Source of the DNA: Hormiphora californensis
Lineage: Eukaryota; Animalia; Ctenophora
Assembly: GCA_020137815.1 (NCBI GenBank)
Contig: CM035356.1
Coordinates: forward strand, 7,502,001 to 7,566,000
Reading direction: 5' to 3'
Length of the DNA stretch: 64,000 bases
The notes below the pieces were generated by a model. It saw nothing but the letters and a program-made list of their open reading frames with translations. It had not been told where the DNA came from and searched no databases. Positions 19,064 to 32,000 of the stretch are shown in pieces; within the stretch, counting starts at the first letter, position 1, and the number at the start of each line of letters is the position of its first letter. The translations under genes were made by a program, and so were the position numbers.

Positions 19064-21075
19064 AGCTGCACCAGTGGTTTCAGAGTGTAACCACCGCTGT
19101 CCGCTAATTGCCTAGAACCTCAACGAAGATCGTTCATCCTCTCTGTCCCTGGATCTATCTCTCTATCTCTCTCTCTATCTCTCCCTATCTCTCTTTTCTC
19201 TTTTTCCATCTCTCTCCCTCTTCGCCTTCCTCTCTATCTCTCTCTCTCCAAGACTCTCAGAGACTCTCAGAGCTGTAGCAGTTGAGATGCAAGTGCTTAC
19301 TCGAACTTCTATTTAGTACTGGTATTTAGTACTGGTATAGGCCCAGTAGTTCTAAATCGAAAGTTTTTTGCCATGTGAGCCAATGCGACAGACAAAAAAT
19401 CAGGAATGGAGAGAACAAAATGAAAAAATAGGTGTGGACATCAAATGGCAGATTTGGCCAAATTTGGAGTTGCACTCTCTAGAGTGATGAATTAAAATGT
19501 ATATAACTTGTACAACAGACCATCCCCCTCCCTCTATGAGAGGCCCCCGCCCCAACTTTGGGTGCATTGTGCAATACAATCAAATCAAAGAACGACTTGG
19601 TGATGGTCACTGATGCTCTGACGAGGTCAGAGACAAAGTTCTTCTGTTGGCAGTAAAAAACGGCAGGAGCATGGACTCTCTTTTAATTCTTATATAACTC
19701 TCCTCAAATTTTAACTTGCGCAACATATTGGGAGACAGAGTCAAAGAAAGGAGAGAACTAGAAGGGAGAGAGATGAGAGACTGATAGTATCTCTCTCTCT
19801 ACCTCCCAGCTCAGTGGTATCGTTCCTTATCTGAACTAATTGCTTCTGGTTCTATATCTTAGAGAGAGAGAGGGAGATCAAATCTAATTTCTCATTGAAT
19901 CAAGTGCATGTTCGGGGAGGAATCATGGCAGATGATAAAATCTATAAAACGAACTGGCAACTTCTCAACTTGAAAAAGATATTACAGCAATCAGCAAATC
20001 AGAGAACTAAAGTGGATTGAGGGAGATTGGAGGCCGAGGAGTTCAACTTCAAATGTTGGAGAAAGAGGCACTGGGAGATTGGGACAGAGAATGATACTGA
20101 ATGAGAGGGAGAGAGGGAGAGAAATAGAGATACAGAAAGAGGGCATGGGGTGGAGAGTTTTTTTAATAGACATTTAAGAACAGCTCAAGATCTAACTATC
20201 ACACTACATGTTGCAACAAGAGACAGTATAATAACGACTTGTAATTGGCCATCAATTGAGAACCACAGAGATAACTTATCAGATAAGAGCAGTGCTAAAC
20301 TTCTATCAGTCTCTGATCTCAAAAGTCAAATGTGCTAAATGAACTAGCTACAAATGAAGGAGGGAGAGAGAGAGAGAGAGAACTTGGTATGCAAATTGGG
20401 CGTCTTGGTGTCAGTTTGAAGCCTCGCCTCTACTGCACATTAAGAGAGAACTTGTTACTCAACAGAGCAGGGAGAAAAAGAGAATAGAGATCGCCACATG
20501 AATAAATCTACAAATGGAGAGAACCACATGAATTTATAAACTCATACACCTTTTTGTGGCCCATCTTGACTGGAAAATTGTTGAGTAACTACCCTGGATA
20601 GTTATACCCATTGTCAACACTCAACAACTGAACACAGTTCAGAGCTGTTGTATCGATACTATAATTATACCATTATATCTAATATCACTCAGTCTAACCA
20701 CTCGACTACACCACCATAATATTGTATTCGTACCACCCGGTACTACCAGTATAACTGCAGCAGTCCCCCAATAGACAGAGAGATAGGTAGAGAGATTGAA
20801 ACTCATAAAGTTATACACGCTCCGTGTGGGGCAATCAGCTTGTTCCCGGCCACTATCTTGTTTAGTCCCCTCTCTCTCCATCTCTCTCACCTTCTCTCTC
20901 TCTCTCCATCTCTCTCACCCCCTCTCTCTCTCACTCCCAGACTGTCTCTCTCCCCTTCAATATCATGATGAAGTACGCAGGAGAGAACACACATGCTGCA
21001 AGAAGATGTCTGATGCCATGATACTCACAGAGACAGACAAAATGACAGGGTTGAGGTAATAAGAAGCCAAAAGAC

Positions 21076-21184
21076 CAGGAACCGACCGACACAAGTAAAC
21101 AACCAATCAGAACTCGTTATTTAGGTCACGTGACTGGTTATCAGCCAATCAGGGACCAGTATTTCCTGATTCGGTCGGTTCCTG
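21076..21184 (+). mobile_element. 109-bp MITE with caggaaccgaccga TIRs
   Basis: Terminal inverted repeats; a second copy lies in inverted orientation at 31632-31736. Confidence 0.85.
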
Positions 21185-22042
21185 CAAAAGACAGAAAGTG
21201 AAACAGAATGACAAGGTGATGTTATTTGGGATTCTAGACTCTAGACATGGACAGAGGGACAACAGAAGAAACAGATTTGTGGCAAATAATATTTTTGATT
21301 TTGCGAAACACACAGCCTATTGTGAATCACAATGATCAGAGGAGAGAGTTGCTTGTTCGAAGGCAGTAAAAAAACGATTTCTGTTAATAATATTGGAGTC
21401 TTGACAGCTTGATTCATCGAGACGTAACAGAGATCTACGACACAGAACGATATGAGAAATCACATACACATGTTCCTCTCTCTCACTCCCTCTCTTTCTC
21501 TCCTTCTCTCTCCCTCTCTCTCACCCTCACTGCCTCTCTCTTACCCTCACTCCCTCTCTTTCTCTCGCCCTCACTTCCTCTCTTTCTCTCACCCTCTCTC
21601 TCTCACCCTCACTCCCTCTCTTTCCCTCACTCCTTCTCTTTCTCTCACCCTCACTCCCTCTCTCTTACCCTCACTCCCTCTCTCGTAGTCGCAAGCAGAA
21701 CATTATCAATTCTAGAGCATTGAATAAGAGCACACACCCCCATTATTTGTAGCACGTGAAAGAAGAAAAAGGATCAATGAAATGGGAGAAGATATATGAG
21801 ACACAGGGGATGAGAGAGGGTCAGGCTTCTCGAAGATAGTAGGACTGTGTGTCTCCATGAATTAGACGTGAGATAATTGGTCAGCATGATATTATATTAT
21901 TATTGCAGGTGCTTGACACACATAGCGAGACTCAGACTGTACACATCGCTCTAAAATGGAGTAGACCGTTGATGGAGTTACCATTGATAAATCTCAGTTG
22001 GTTTACCAGAAGAAGTTTGTTCATTGAAATGATAGGCCAGCA

Positions 22043-23148
22043 GGGGGGGGGACATGTTAATTTTGTTAACTTTGTTAATATTAACATCGAAAAAACAGGT
22101 GATTTATTAACATAATTAACAAAAGTTAACAAACATTAACAAATGCCATTTATACCATCTAAAGTCCCTCATGCACGTGTTTTTTGGTATTACACATGCT
22201 GCATGTTGTTCTGCGAACAAACATGTTCCTTCTGCATGATTTGCATACCCCCAAGCCGTCTACTACAGCCTTCCCACAACGAGTTGTTCCATTTCGTAAA
22301 TTCGAACAAAAACTAGCCAACCTGAACCGCAATTGAGGTCAAATGACACTAATCCACATTTTCCAACCTTAAAAACTTAATAAGACTCATAAAATTACAT
22401 TCAATCGAAAAATATCCCAAAAATAATTTTTTCTAAAAAAACACAAGGATTTGTAGCGAAGCAAATTTTCAATTTTTGACCAAAAAAAAGCAATTTTGGG
22501 ATTTTTTTCGTATTTTTCAAACAGAAACGTTGTACATCACTTTCTTTCGTCTGAAGAATGGATTATCAATGAAAAAATTAAATTTGAGTGACATTTTACA
22601 CGCTAAATTAAAATATTCGTACTCTTTAAATTTTGATCGATTTGGAGCCAAAAAACTTGTATGTTGGACTTTGGTTATCGGAGGAGGCCTTGAGCTTGCA
22701 TGGGTATACAAACGTTAGATAAGTTATTAAACTACAAAATTAAATCAGTTTAAGTCGTATTATCAACCGATAACACCAATATTTTAGCATTTGTTAATTT
22801 TGTTAATTAAGGGTCACCACACACCAAAGTTAAAATTAAAATTAAAATTTTGATTTTAAACCCGCACACACAGGCGGCCGTTAAAATTTCTCTCCCCATT
22901 CTAAAAGTAACAATCTCACGCACGATTTTGACGGTCGCGTTGGATGACAAAATTTTAACACGCCGTTAAAATCGCGCGCGAGATTGTTACTTTTAGATTG
23001 GGGGAGAGAGATTTTAACGGCCGCTGGTGTGCGCGGGTTTAAAATCAAAATTTTAATTTTAATTTTAACTTTGGTGTGTGGTGACCCTAACGTTAATTAA
23101 CAAAATCGGAAAAAAGAGGTGATTTATTAACAATTAACATACCCCCCC
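22043..23148. mobile_element. Non-autonomous DNA transposon with G-run/atgttaatt TIRs, containing a nested MITE
   Basis: Ends ggggggg(ac)atgttaatt ... aattaacataccccccc. The internal sequence recurs at ~29247-30575. Confidence 0.75.
22811..23087. mobile_element. Palindromic PIF/Harbinger-like MITE
   Basis: gggtcaccacacaccaaag ... ctttggtgtgtggtgaccc, almost fully self-complementary, flanked by a TAA 3-bp TSD. Confidence 0.85.
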
Positions 23149-23646
23149 ATCAAAATTTACAAAGTTATTTATTGAATTATTGAGTTACCTTGGCTAAAAC
23201 CGAATTTCGTATGGGAAGATAGAGGAGACGAGGAGAGGGAGAGCAGAGAGAGCGAGGAGAGAGCAGAGACGAGAGACGAGAGAAGAGAGAGCGAGAGAGG
23301 AGGAGGAAGAGGGAGAGAGAGAGAGCAGCGCGAGAGAGCGAGGCGGGCGTGAGAAGAGACGAGAGAGGAGAGCAGCGAGGAAGAGCGCCGAGAGAGAGAG
23401 AGAGGAGAGACGAGAGAGAGATAGAGAGAGAGGAGACGAGATGAAGAAAAGAATAGAAGGAGAAGCCAGGAGAGAAAGGGGGAAGCGAAGAGAGAGAGAG
23501 ACAGAGCATGTTAAGAAGATAGATAGGAATAAGAGCAGGAGAGAAGCGAGAGGGCGAGGAGAGAGGAGCAGAGCGGGGAGAGAGAGAGGCAGGAGCGAGA
23601 GAGAGAGAGAGAGAGCGAGAGAGAGGTAGAGAGATGAGAGAGAGAG

Positions 23647-23681
<35 letters not shown>

Positions 23682-24174
23682 AGAGAGAGAGAAGAGAGAG
23701 CGAGAGGCAAGAGAAGAATAGAGAGCGCGTAGAGATGAGGAGAACGAGCGGGCGAGCGAAGCGAGAGAGCTAGGAGGAGAGGAGAGTCGCGCAGCGCAGC
23801 AGAGAGAGAGCGCATAGCGCGAGGAGAGGAGCGAGCGCGGCGAGTGGCGCGGAGCGACGCGCGAGGAGAGAGGAGAGCGAGCGCGAGGAGAGAGCGGAGG
23901 AGGGAGAGCGAGCGAGAGAGAGAGAGAGAGATAGCGAAGAGAGAGCGGACGCGAGGAGAGAGATTATGCGGATCTATATAGAGATGCGGTATATCTTGCT
24001 GATCTAGAGCGTAATAGAGTATGGATACCGAGATCGCTAGATCATAGAGATTCTGATATAACGCGCAGTAAACTCACGAGAACACTATTCCTTTCGTACA
24101 AATTTGCTAAATTGTGGCTCTAAATCTCCTTCGAGATGTTTTTTCATCTCAATCATAAAGAAGAACATTCCTTT

Positions 24175-24367
24175 CTTCTTGAGTAAATGTAACGATCTCA
24201 CTTTACTCTCTTTAGTAAACGTAACGATCTCACTTTGCTCTCTTTAGTAAATGTAACGATCTTACTTAAATGCTGTCTTTAGTAAAAGTGACGATCTTAC
24301 TTTGCTCGCTTTAATAAAAGTAACGATCTCACTTTGCTCTCTTTAGTAAAAGTAACGATCTCACTTT
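24175..24367. repeat. ~31-bp minisatellite
   Basis: Tandem ctttagtaaa(t/a/c)gtaacgatctcactttgctct. Confidence 0.85.
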
Positions 24368-24469
24368 GTGGTTGTGGAGTTTGAACAGGGCCGACTATGA
24401 TGTTGTGTATCCTAGTGACAATGCAGCATGCAACTGCTCTAGCGATGTTAAGGGTCCAGTTAGAGATTT

Positions 24470-24599
24470 TGCGACTGATGTCAGTTTCAATTTTGCAACT
24501 ATACCAAACACAAAATTTGAAACTGATGTCAGTTTCAATTTTGCAACTGGACCAGTTACAAAATTTGAAACTGATGTCAGTTTCAATTTTGTAACTGGA
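24470..24599. repeat. 48-bp tandem repeat, ~2.7 copies
   Basis: actgatgtcagtttcaattttgcaact...caaaatttgaa repeated. Confidence 0.85.
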
Positions 24600-24786
24600 G
24601 CGTAACCTTATCAGGTCTGTTGCCATACCTTTGGTGGGGTTAATGGTTTAATACCATATATACCACCCTCTCTGCTTCGCAGGTCGGGAAGTGTATAACT
24701 TAGTGCCTACCAATGCTCTGAATATAATGACTACCAGATTATTCGATTTCTCCACTTTTGCATTATCGTCATGGTGATCTATAAAG

Positions 24787-24877
24787 TAGAGTGATCGGAC
24801 CCCGATTTAACCGAACCCCGATTTACCGGGCGAAATCCTTTCCCCCGAGCATCCCGGTGAATCGGGGTCCGACTGTA
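24787..24877. mobile_element. Small MITE (cggaccccgattta...aatcggggtccgactgta family)
   Basis: Inverted termini; a related copy lies at ~46927-47088 in an RRM1 intron. Confidence 0.65.
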
Positions 24878-25303
24878 TTATTATTCCATATTATTTTCAT
24901 CTCTAAATGTTGTCCCTGAGTACCCCGGATAATAATAATGGCCATTGAAAAGATGACGTGTCTCTTTCTCTCTCTCACGTGATCAGTGATCAGATCACGA
25001 CAATACGTGGTAGACGAATATTAGCAATGAGTAGGGATACATGTTACTTCCCTACTAGGTATAAATAAATCCAGAGGCATCGCTCGTTCTTTGACTTCAA
25101 TTGATCGTTATAAACCAATCGAGTACTTATAAATCCGCTCTAGGCTAATCTTTTAGACTTCATAACCAGAGGCAGAACCTTCCCGGGCTACAGTTGTTAC
25201 AGTTTTAATTGTAATTTATTGGAATTGGTTGTCAGTGGTAAACCCATTTAAAACATATCTTTGTTTCAGTATAGTTTAGTAGTATTGAAATCATGCGGTG
25301 AAA

Positions 25304-28300
25304 ATGTTCACAGTCCTATTCCTACTACTTTTCTGTGCGACCCTTCAAAGTGGTACGGCCGTTCACAGTTAGTGTAGCGAATCACCATACCGGGTGCCCC
25401 GTTTTTTACAAACCGGAATTTATTGATTATATAAATTGTATCTGCTTTAATTCAAATTTTGCTCCTTTTTACAGCTCTCTCATTTCCAGGCAGTGGAAGT
25501 TGGTCCCCAACGTCAGAAATGAGTTTCCAAGTGTTTCCTGTTGCAGATGGCACGGTAAAGTTCAAAACAAGCTCCCCCACTGTAGGGATGAGATCAGATG
25601 TTCGATTTTGTGACTCCACACTTTCGTATACCGGCGCATTCACGGTTAGTTTTGGATTCTTATATGCGAGGCATGGTTAGTGTAATTATCAGTTGACTGT
25701 GATTGTTTATTTCGGCAATGAAATGTATTTTCAGTTGATATTCGAGAGTTCAGGCCTGAGGTATTATTTAGAAGGCTGTGTTTCCTCTATAATCGATAAA
25801 GACTACTCCGGTGAGTCTTATGAAGAAAACATCGAAACTGACGACTTGACTTGACTTGACTTGACTTACTTGACTTATGGCGAGTGGTATTCTCGAACAC
25901 GGTAGGAAAGTTCTCACCATAAGTCTCGGTTAGCCATCATTGAAGCTATCTCGTCTATTCTTTTCACTCCAGTGTCCTTTCGTATCATGGTGTCCACGAA
26001 AGTAAGTTTAGGTCTCCCTCTCTTAGTTTTACCATGGGAGGGTTCCCACTGAGTGTAAAGTTAGTTCTGGGTGTCGAAGTGCATGGCCCGCATGTTTAAG
26101 CCGCCTCTCAAACGGATCTTGAGTTCCAAATCTTTTTGAGTTTATGACATGCTACCCAAGCCTTTGCCTTCCTGAGCAGAACTCCAAGTTGTTCAGCAAG
26201 GAGTGCCAGGTCATCAGCATTCAGCAAACTCCGTGTCCAATACCCGTTTGGCCTCAATAGGTCGAGATCTAGTACCCCGTCTTGGGTGGATGGTGAAACC
26301 AATCTCCGGGTGCTTTGAGAGTGCTGTTGTAATTTACAAAAATCCAATGCAATGATGAAGAGGAAAGGGGCAAGTGTATCCCCTGTAATACTCCAGCAAC
26401 AATCTCAAAGAGGGCTGTTTCTCCATCAGCTGCAGTAAGGCCCTTGGCTTTAGTGTTCTTATATTAGTTTATAGTATATAATAATACAACCAAGAGAGAG
26501 ACCATCCTATAGGATCGAAGGATCTTCATTAAGGATTTTCTATTGATGCTATCGAAAGCCTTGACAAAATCGATAAACATGAATGATCAAACTCTTATCA
26601 GGTGAGATATTCTGGCAGGTGATCAGTGGTACCACAACATTTACCCTTAAACGAGATGATGTTGTAATCCTCGACTACACTTACACCACGGGTATTTGTG
26701 AGGAAACATGGAACCAGAAACCCTACTATGCAGCATTCCATCCCGTTTACGATACAGCCACTAGCGCCTACCATGCTGTCGACGCGGACGGTAGGAACTT
26801 TTAATTCAAAAATTGTTGTAAATTTAAAGCAACCCACCATTTGATAATTTCCCAATTTTCCAACTATCATGTACTTCAGTGGTTAAAACGTCTCTTGCAG
26901 ATTGGATAACGAAACAGGTCGATTCACTGCAAGTCAACTTATCGGCCACCGCACTCCAGCTTCGTTCAAATTACACTGATGGCAGTGGAGAGGATTTGCT
27001 AATGATTTTCTTCCAATCCCACAGTTATATCGGATACATCCATGTTGACTACGGTAGCTCTGCCATTACCTACCGTGTGAGCGTTTGCATGTCTAGCTTG
27101 GTGGAACTCCCCACACAGCCAGACAGTGTGGGAGTGGGTACCGTGTGGACTTTGTCCCTCAGTTCGACCACCTTCACTTTGTGGTGTGATGCCGTCATCG
27201 TGCTGGAGTACGATTATGGGGGTTTGGGGTGTGCAAATAACTGGGCCACCCCACCAGATGAGATGTACTTCTCAACCACAGCTGACGCTGATTACCGACT
27301 ACAACCAGGTAGTAGAACACCAGGACCAGAACGAATAAATGGCCCACTGATGAGGGCTTGTTTTCAAAATTTACCATTTATTCATTGATCCCCTTCTCCA
27401 CCGTCCTTCCTCTCCGAGAAATACCTATTATATCCTCAATATACCTCTGTATTGATTTCTGTATGGTGACACATATTTTCAGATATTTGTGATGATTTGA
27501 AAGTTCCTAACTCATTGGACGGGACCTACTCTGCCGGAAAGGATACCATGGTGGAGGTGAAGTGTAAAGCCGGGTATATAAATACCACAATAACCTGTAG
27601 AAAGGACAGTGTGTGGAGTAAGAATGTCACGGACGTGTGCCCGAAAGGTAACCCCTTTTTTCCGAAACTGACACCTTCACCCGGCCTGCGGCCATTACTT
27701 TTGACAAGATGTTTGATGTCTCATTCAATTTTGATATGTCAGTTTCTACAGAACAATTTAACTAGTGTATCGATATAATGATCCCAACTTTCGTTCTTCC
27801 AGGATGCTTTATGGTGGATCTCGACCCTAATAATAAAACCACTGTAATGGCTGGGTCAACTGCGTACCGAGCGTGCAAATACTACCAACTGGAACCTTAT
27901 ACACCCTACACATGTCAAGGAAACGGAACTTGGACATCAAACTCGACAACTTCTTGCATAGGTGAAGTAAAAACGATGAAACTGCATATCATGCTATCAC
28001 ACACACTCGAACACTCACACACAAACATACACACGTATGTATACAGGTTAAGGTTTAAAGGTACTAGAGGTGCATGACTGCATGGCATGGTGTGTGAGAG
28101 ACAGTGATGTGTGACAAAAATTAACCGCTCTCATGGGTCAGGAGTCCTGACATCCTTATCTAAGATATCATCACTTCCACAAATGATGCACACACACAAA
28201 TCTCGCGTTTTTTTTCTTGTTGTTTTTACATGTCTTACTCTTAGTTACTTAAAAGTTTACCTGCAATTGCAGCCTCTAACACATATTATCTTATTGTTTC

Positions 28301-28727
28301 ATAACGCAACTACTGGAGATTAAGAAGACGCCACTGAAAACTTGAAGCACTGCAATACACGCTGGGTGACATTGGTTCTGAATCCTTCCGTAAGTTTTTT
28401 TGAGATCCAAAATAATCACTGCGCTGGCAATCTTACTTGTATCCCGGCCCTGTTTACGACTTTCTTTTTTTTGCAGAATCGACCAGACAATCGCTAACAA
28501 AAGACACTGGCGAGCTAACTAGCAGACAGCTGCAGCCTGACGAAGCATCTTCGTCTTCTTCTTCGAGTGTCGGGTGTGAGACCCTAAAGAACTATCTCGA
28601 CTTTCGCCATTGTGATTTGGTCGACACTGGTGTGAGTGCTCGTGAGTGGCCTATGACAACACACCTTCTACACAACCATAGATGGGCTAAACAAGGAGAA
28701 AGAAGGGGTATGTTTTGCAATCATTAG
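25304..28727 (+). CDS. Secreted multidomain protein: signal peptide, two related beta-rich Cys-containing domains, two Sushi/CCP-like modules
   Basis: Exons ~25304-25352 (MFTVLFLLLFCATLQS), 25474-25644, 25734-25810, 26602-26790, 26901-27308, 27483-27647 and 27803-27961, with consistent phases. CCP-like motifs C..C..TC..W..C. The last exon (~28476-28727) is uncertain. Confidence 0.7.
25843..26585 (-). mobile_element. Decayed RTE-clade LINE fragment in an intron
   Basis: Minus-strand RT remnants DTLAPFLFIIALDF, ADDLALLAE and HGKTKRGRPKLTF; 3' tail of (AAGTC)n repeats at 25843-25876. Confidence 0.8.
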
Positions 28728-29246
28728 TTGGAAGACCAACAACTTTAATTGAGTCACTGTTGAAGCGGTAATGAAGTCCCAGAAAGCTCTCCTGAACATC
28801 AAATGTTATCTAACTATTACTCAACTGAACTATCGCGATACCGTTGGCACGAACTATTATCTTGACATGGGCTCAGAGTGACAAAATACCGATAGTGCTC
28901 AATCGACGGGGCGAGGGCATGGACTATTATAATTTGGCAGCATCAGTAACTACAGCCATTACTATTGAACATTTACCATGGACATTGTGGCCGAGAGTAC
29001 AGACAATTTAATATGTAATTGTGTTGTGTGATAGAACTCTATAGTCTTTCCCAATCGTGTAAAATAAAGGCTATTTTGGGAAATCTCGGGGCCGGGGGGG
29101 ATGGGGGTTCAACACCTGTTCCAATGTGACCATAATGGTACTCCAAATCACATCCTAAAAGTATACGACTCTACAAACACCAGATGAATTTCATAATTGG
29201 GCTTAATTTGGTATAACAGGGGTATGCCATATCTAAATGTTAATAA

Positions 29247-30575
29247 ATACTAGCCAAACTAAACCGCAATTGAAGTCAAATGACCCTAATCCACATTTTC
29301 GCACCCTAAAAACTAAATAAGACTCATGAATTTACCTTAAAACGAAAAATATCCCAAAAATCAATTTTTCTAAAAAAACACAAGGATTTGTAGCGAAGTA
29401 AATTTTCAATACATGACCAAAAAATTGATTTTGGGAAAATTGTATTTCTTTTTTCAACAGAAACGTTGTACATCATCTTATTACACGGCGTCATACACAT
29501 TTTTATTTGGAATTTCTATCTGGGTTTTCTATTTGGAATTTCTATCTGGAAGAACCGCACGTGCAGATGCGCCGCGCCGCGCCTCAAATTCACGTGCGAG
29601 ATTAAAGAGAGAGACGCACATTAACGTTGTACGTTTGTCTCTCACTCTCTCTTGAAAACCCGCACGTGCAGATGAGCCGCGCCGCGGCTCAAATTCACGT
29701 GCGTGTTATACAGATTCTGACAGAAACTACGAGCACAAAATTCCATATAAAAATGTGTATGACGGACTGTAAAGTCCAAAGAATCGATTACCAATTTAAA
29801 AATTACGTTTAAGTGAGATTTTATACGCTAAATTGAAATATTTGTAACTTTTGGAATTTAATGGGGGGGGGGGGTGCAGCCCCAAAAAAATTCAAACTTT
29901 TTCCGAAACCCAGGGTATGGTTGGTTTTTTTGGTCGTTTTTGGTCGTTTTTGGTTGAAATTTCTTTGATTTTTTTTGGTCGTTTTTGATTTTTTTTGATC
30001 GTTTTTGATTTTTTTTGATCGTTTTTGATTTTTTTTGAATTTTTTTGATCGTTTTTGAATTTTTTTGATCGTTTTTGATTTTTTTTGATTGTTTAATGTT
30101 GAACAAAAAGTTCAAAAAAAATAAAAAACGATCAAATAAAATCAAAAACGATCAAAAAAATTCAAAAAAAAACAAAAACGATCAAAAAAATCAAAAAAGA
30201 TCAAAAAAAATCAAAAAAGATCAAAAAAAATCAAAAAAGATCAAAAAAAATCAAAAAAAATCAAAAACGACCAAAAAAAATCAACACTTTTGAAAATCCA
30301 GGGTATGGTTGGTTTTTTTTGGGCTGCACCCCCCCCCCTTTAATCGATTTTGAGCAAAAAACCTGTATACATCGGACTTTGGTTATCGGAAAAGGCCTTG
30401 TTTGGGTATATATGTGTTAGATAATTCATTAAACTATAAAATTAAACCAGTTAAAGTCGTATTATCGACCAATAAGAACAGTCTTTTAGCATTTGTTAAT
30501 TTTGTTAATTTTGTTAATTAACAAAATCGAAAAAAAGAGGTGATTTATTAACAATTAACATGCCCCCCCCCCCCC
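29247..30575. mobile_element. Second, partial copy of the 22043-23148 element with nested insertions
   Basis: Shares actagccaa..aaccgcaattga.gtcaaatgac.ctaatccacatttt, ggactttggttatcgga and the terminal aattaacatgcccccc. Confidence 0.75.
29862..30339. mobile_element. Foldback MITE with internal 10-bp (tttttgatcg) repeats, TTAA target (Kolobok/piggyBac-like)
   Basis: ggggggtgcagccc ... gggctgcacccccc termini, mirror-image arrays, TTAA on both sides. Confidence 0.75.
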
Positions 30576-31230
30576 CGGCCAGCAGTATAAACAACTGCAC
30601 TGATACCCTGTCAGGTCAATGCTCTCACAGCTGATGCAAGATACACGCCATAAAGGCTGTCTGGCAGCGCTAGATCGGGTCGTCCCTAAATTTAAGTTTG
30701 AACCAACTTCTTCCAGTAACCCAACAAAATCCAAAACACGGTATATTTTTGAAAGGGGGTGTATCAAAATAGATTGACAGTGTACAACACAAAACAAGCT
30801 GCTGATATAGTTTTCGGGTTTTTTTTCCTTTCGGTACTGTCACACTGCAAATCACCCAGCAGTATTAGAGAAAGAGAGGGGACGGACCCCTTTCTCTCTC
30901 ATCAGATCTCAGTTTTAAGACGGATACAGCAAATATAATTGTTCATTCTCTTGCCGCAATCTGTAAACAACTGGGCTAAACTTTCATACCCAAAACCTCA
31001 CACACTCACACAAAAAACACCATCAACATCTCTATTTTCAGGTTCTTTTTCCAGAGATGGGAACAGCAATATATATGATGTGTGTTTGTGTGTGTGTGTG
31101 AGTAGGGTCACACTACACAGAAACAGAAAAAAAGGTATCCAAGGGAATGGATAAATCCAAGGGATGGTCAAAGGTTTAGAGAGAGATGATATCTCAGCTG
31201 CAGTATCTCTCTCTCGGCTGCGGGAAGATA

Positions 31231-31914
31231 TTACTGCGTTCTGCACTGCACTCCGGGTCCACCGTGCATCTCTCCATCGTCACTGTCCTCGTGATAGGCC
31301 TGGGGAGAGGAGGGTGGTTAAAGATGGGGTTAGTAGGAGGTTAGAGATGGGGTTAGAGGAGGGTGGTTAGTAGAGGATGATGGTTAGTAGAGGATGATGG
31401 GTGGTTAGAGGAGGATGGTTAGTATAAATTGGGAGGTTGGTGAAGGGCAGTTTAGAGGGGTTTGAAGGAGAGTCAGCAAGAACGAAAATGAAGCGAAGAG
31501 ATTATGTTCTAGGAAATATGCCTTTTCCGGAGAGAGATAGAGAATGATTGGGTTCGCGATAAGAAGGCAAAGCCCTTTAACCGTTTAGTTTTTAGATACT
31601 ATCTAGACTCGAAAGTGCATTGTGCAGTCAGCAGGAACCGACCGAATCAGGAAATACTGGTCCCTGATTGGCTGATAACCAGTCACGTGACCTAAATAAC
31701 GAGCTCTGATTGGTTGTTTACTTGGTTCGGTTCCTGCTGGGGAGAAGGTGCTGGTTGTGCTGTTTCTACCTTTCTACAACCGAGAAGCGGGGGTCAAATG
31801 TGCAAGAAGGTAGGCCACTGCCGACATAACCAAAAGTAAGAGGACTTGCGTCAGTTCAGAGATGAGAGGCTGGAGAGAAATGTGTAGAAAGGGAGGGAGA
31901 CAAGAGATGGGATT

Positions 31915-32000
<86 letters not shown>

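Noticed and set aside
23177-24060. 212-aa SL-rich ORF and GA-rich region
   Set aside because: Garbled (GA)n microsatellite, probably low-quality sequence.
29858-30293. Lysine-rich ORFs on both strands
   Set aside because: They come from the 10-bp internal repeats of a foldback MITE.
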